The position numbers were made by a program, and so were the translations under genes. Below, piece after piece: positions 52,116 to 53,078 of a DNA stretch of 53,078 nucleotides. Position 1 is the stretch's first letter. Every line of letters starts with the position of its first letter. Below the pieces are notes generated by a model, which saw only the letters and a list, made by a program, of their open reading frames with translations, made no database searches and was not told where the DNA came from. The DNA is from a virus (Duplodnaviria; Caudoviricetes), in the IMG/VR virus record IMGVR_UViG_3300033067_001252, positions 1 through 53,078 of that record; one strand, given 5' to 3'.

Positions 52116-52579
52116 ATGGGGCTACCTCTTTTTGTCCAGCATACTGGACGGCTATCAGTTGACCACTTCCCACGTAGGTACATCCTATAAGACTCAAAGG
52201 TGTCATCTACGAAGGTAAAATCTAACCCCCTCTTCAAATCGCGCGTTAATTTGGGAAAACCCGTAGCCTGGGTGTAGTTTGCGCCGGGAGGAGGGGTTAG
52301 ATATTCTAATTGCCATAGTAAGCTATGGATTTTGTTATAACGAAAGGTGTATTCCAAATGGAGGGCTGCTAGATGGGACCATAACCATGCGTAGTTATGG
52401 ATTGAGGAACCTACCCAGAGAGTTGAGGGGTGCCGCATGAAAGCGGGTTTCATTAATTTCAACTCGGGGCGGTTACTATTTAGTAGCTGTGAGGACTCCA
52501 AGAGCATTTTTACCACTCGCTTGTCGTCTAGGTTTCTTGCACTTTCGGATGGGTCTTGAACCGAACAAAAAATGTTCAC
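52100..52579 (-). CDS. Pyrimidine-dimer DNA glycosylase / endonuclease V-like protein (GTG start, MNIF)
   Basis: NIF....P...A..L.DKRVVKM.LES.QLL, HP.T.W, NY.WL..H, EYT.RY.K.H, YR.Y...K. Confidence 0.85.
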   Translation of the reverse strand: MNIFCSVQDPSESARNLDDKRVVKMLLESSQLLNSNRPELKLMKPAFMRHPSTLWVGSSIHNYAWLWSHLAALHLEYTFRYNKIHSLLWQLEYLTPPPGANYTQATGFPKLTRDLKRGLDFTFVDDTFESYRMYLRGKWSTDSRPVCWTKRGSPIWAKQ

Positions 52580-53078
52580 TTTTCGCAATCTCCAATAGAT
52601 AACTTCTAGCTTTTTGGATCGTCTTAATACTCAAACCGTGGATCTTTGCGGCTTCTACAACAGTATGGCCTTCAACGAGAGTTTGTACAATCTCCCTGTA
52701 AACAAAGGGCACTGTGAAAAACTTTTGAGCTAACTCAATCTCTTTATCGTATCTCTCGTGGAAGTAGAATTTCTTCTTAAAATCCTCTATCGATGAAAGT
52801 TTACGAAGCCGGATTTTATAAGACTTCTCACCATCACTTTGAGAGCGGTTACCGAAAACTTCTCGGATGTATTCCCCCATGGACCACTTAATTCTCGTCA
52901 TCGCATAGGCGGAAAAGGGAACACCTAGGGTTGGGTTAAAATTTTTAACTGCCTTCGCTAGTCCGAAATTGGCTTCACTTATCAGGTCATCAATGGGGGG
53001 CTTGGGGTACAGTTTGCGCCATGTTGTGAACGCAGTTGTTTTGGCAAATGTTAGGAGGGGAGAGAGTTCCTCCTCTGT
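52476..53078 (-). CDS. Phage-encoded sigma70-family factor (FliA/SigF-like), 5' end outside the window
   Basis: Frame is open from 53078: region 2 DDLISEANFGLAKAVKNFNPTLGVPFSAYAMTRIKWSMGEYIR; region 4 HTH EGHTVVEAAKIHGLSIKTI. Confidence 0.88.
   Translation of the reverse strand, partial: TEEELSPLLTFAKTTAFTTWRKLYPKPPIDDLISEANFGLAKAVKNFNPTLGVPFSAYAMTRIKWSMGEYIREVFGNRSQSDGEKSYKIRLRKLSSIEDFKKKFYFHERYDKEIELAQKFFTVPFVYREIVQTLVEGHTVVEAAKIHGLSIKTIQKARSYLLEIAKSEHFLFGSRPIRKCKKPRRQASGKNALGVLTATK

Larger units (their letters stand above)
1..53078. mobile_element. Tailed dsDNA phage genome segment (podovirus-like), incomplete at both ends
   Basis: Terminase-portal-scaffold-capsid-adaptor-nozzle-ejection gene order on the + strand; phage replication and early genes on the - strand; dense TAATG/ATGA gene coupling; no host genes and no recognisable tail tube or sheath. 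Confidence 0.96.

Noticed and set aside
51626-52218. Plus-strand ORFs 51626-51916 and 51628-52218
   Set aside because: Antisense to a tightly coupled minus-strand operon
1-53078. Firm host assignment (an Acidobacteriota-like diderm host was considered) and prophage status
   Set aside because: Only an impression from the exported beta-helix protein and signal-peptide style; no host genes, att sites or integrase are visible

Overview
The whole window is part of a tailed dsDNA bacteriophage genome with podovirus-type organisation. It has no host housekeeping genes, rRNA, tRNA, CRISPR array or integrase, and genes are cut off at both ends. A ~1 kb non-coding control region (690-1744) holds promoters, operator-like palindromes and a 15-bp tandem array. 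The plus-strand arm (1745-35242) is morphogenetic. In order it encodes five signal-peptide-bearing fibre/spike-like proteins, large terminase, P22-like portal, scaffold, major capsid protein, a methyltransferase plus two glycosyltransferases, two adaptor paralogs, a nozzle-like protein and large ejection-like proteins. The convergent minus-strand arm (35245-53078) covers replication and early functions. It encodes a RepA/AAA_25 helicase, a Nmad1/DUF1599-like protein, a metallophosphoesterase, a family A DNA polymerase split into two genes (one with an intein), a UDG-like protein, a Sak4-like ATPase, an SSB-like protein, a Cas4-like nuclease, a DUF2778/Tlde1 protein, an RNA ligase, a pyrimidine-dimer glycosylase-like protein and a sigma factor. 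The four most unusual observations are: (1) an early-arm 80-aa protein made of a Tat-like/hydrophobic leader fused to a diverged copy of the major capsid C-terminus; (2) a duplicated, apparently Sec-exported, disulfide-rich fibre cassette; (3) a circularly permuted Cas4-like nuclease; (4) a fragmented PolA with His at the 762-equivalent position. All family assignments come from motif recognition by eye; no database searches were run.
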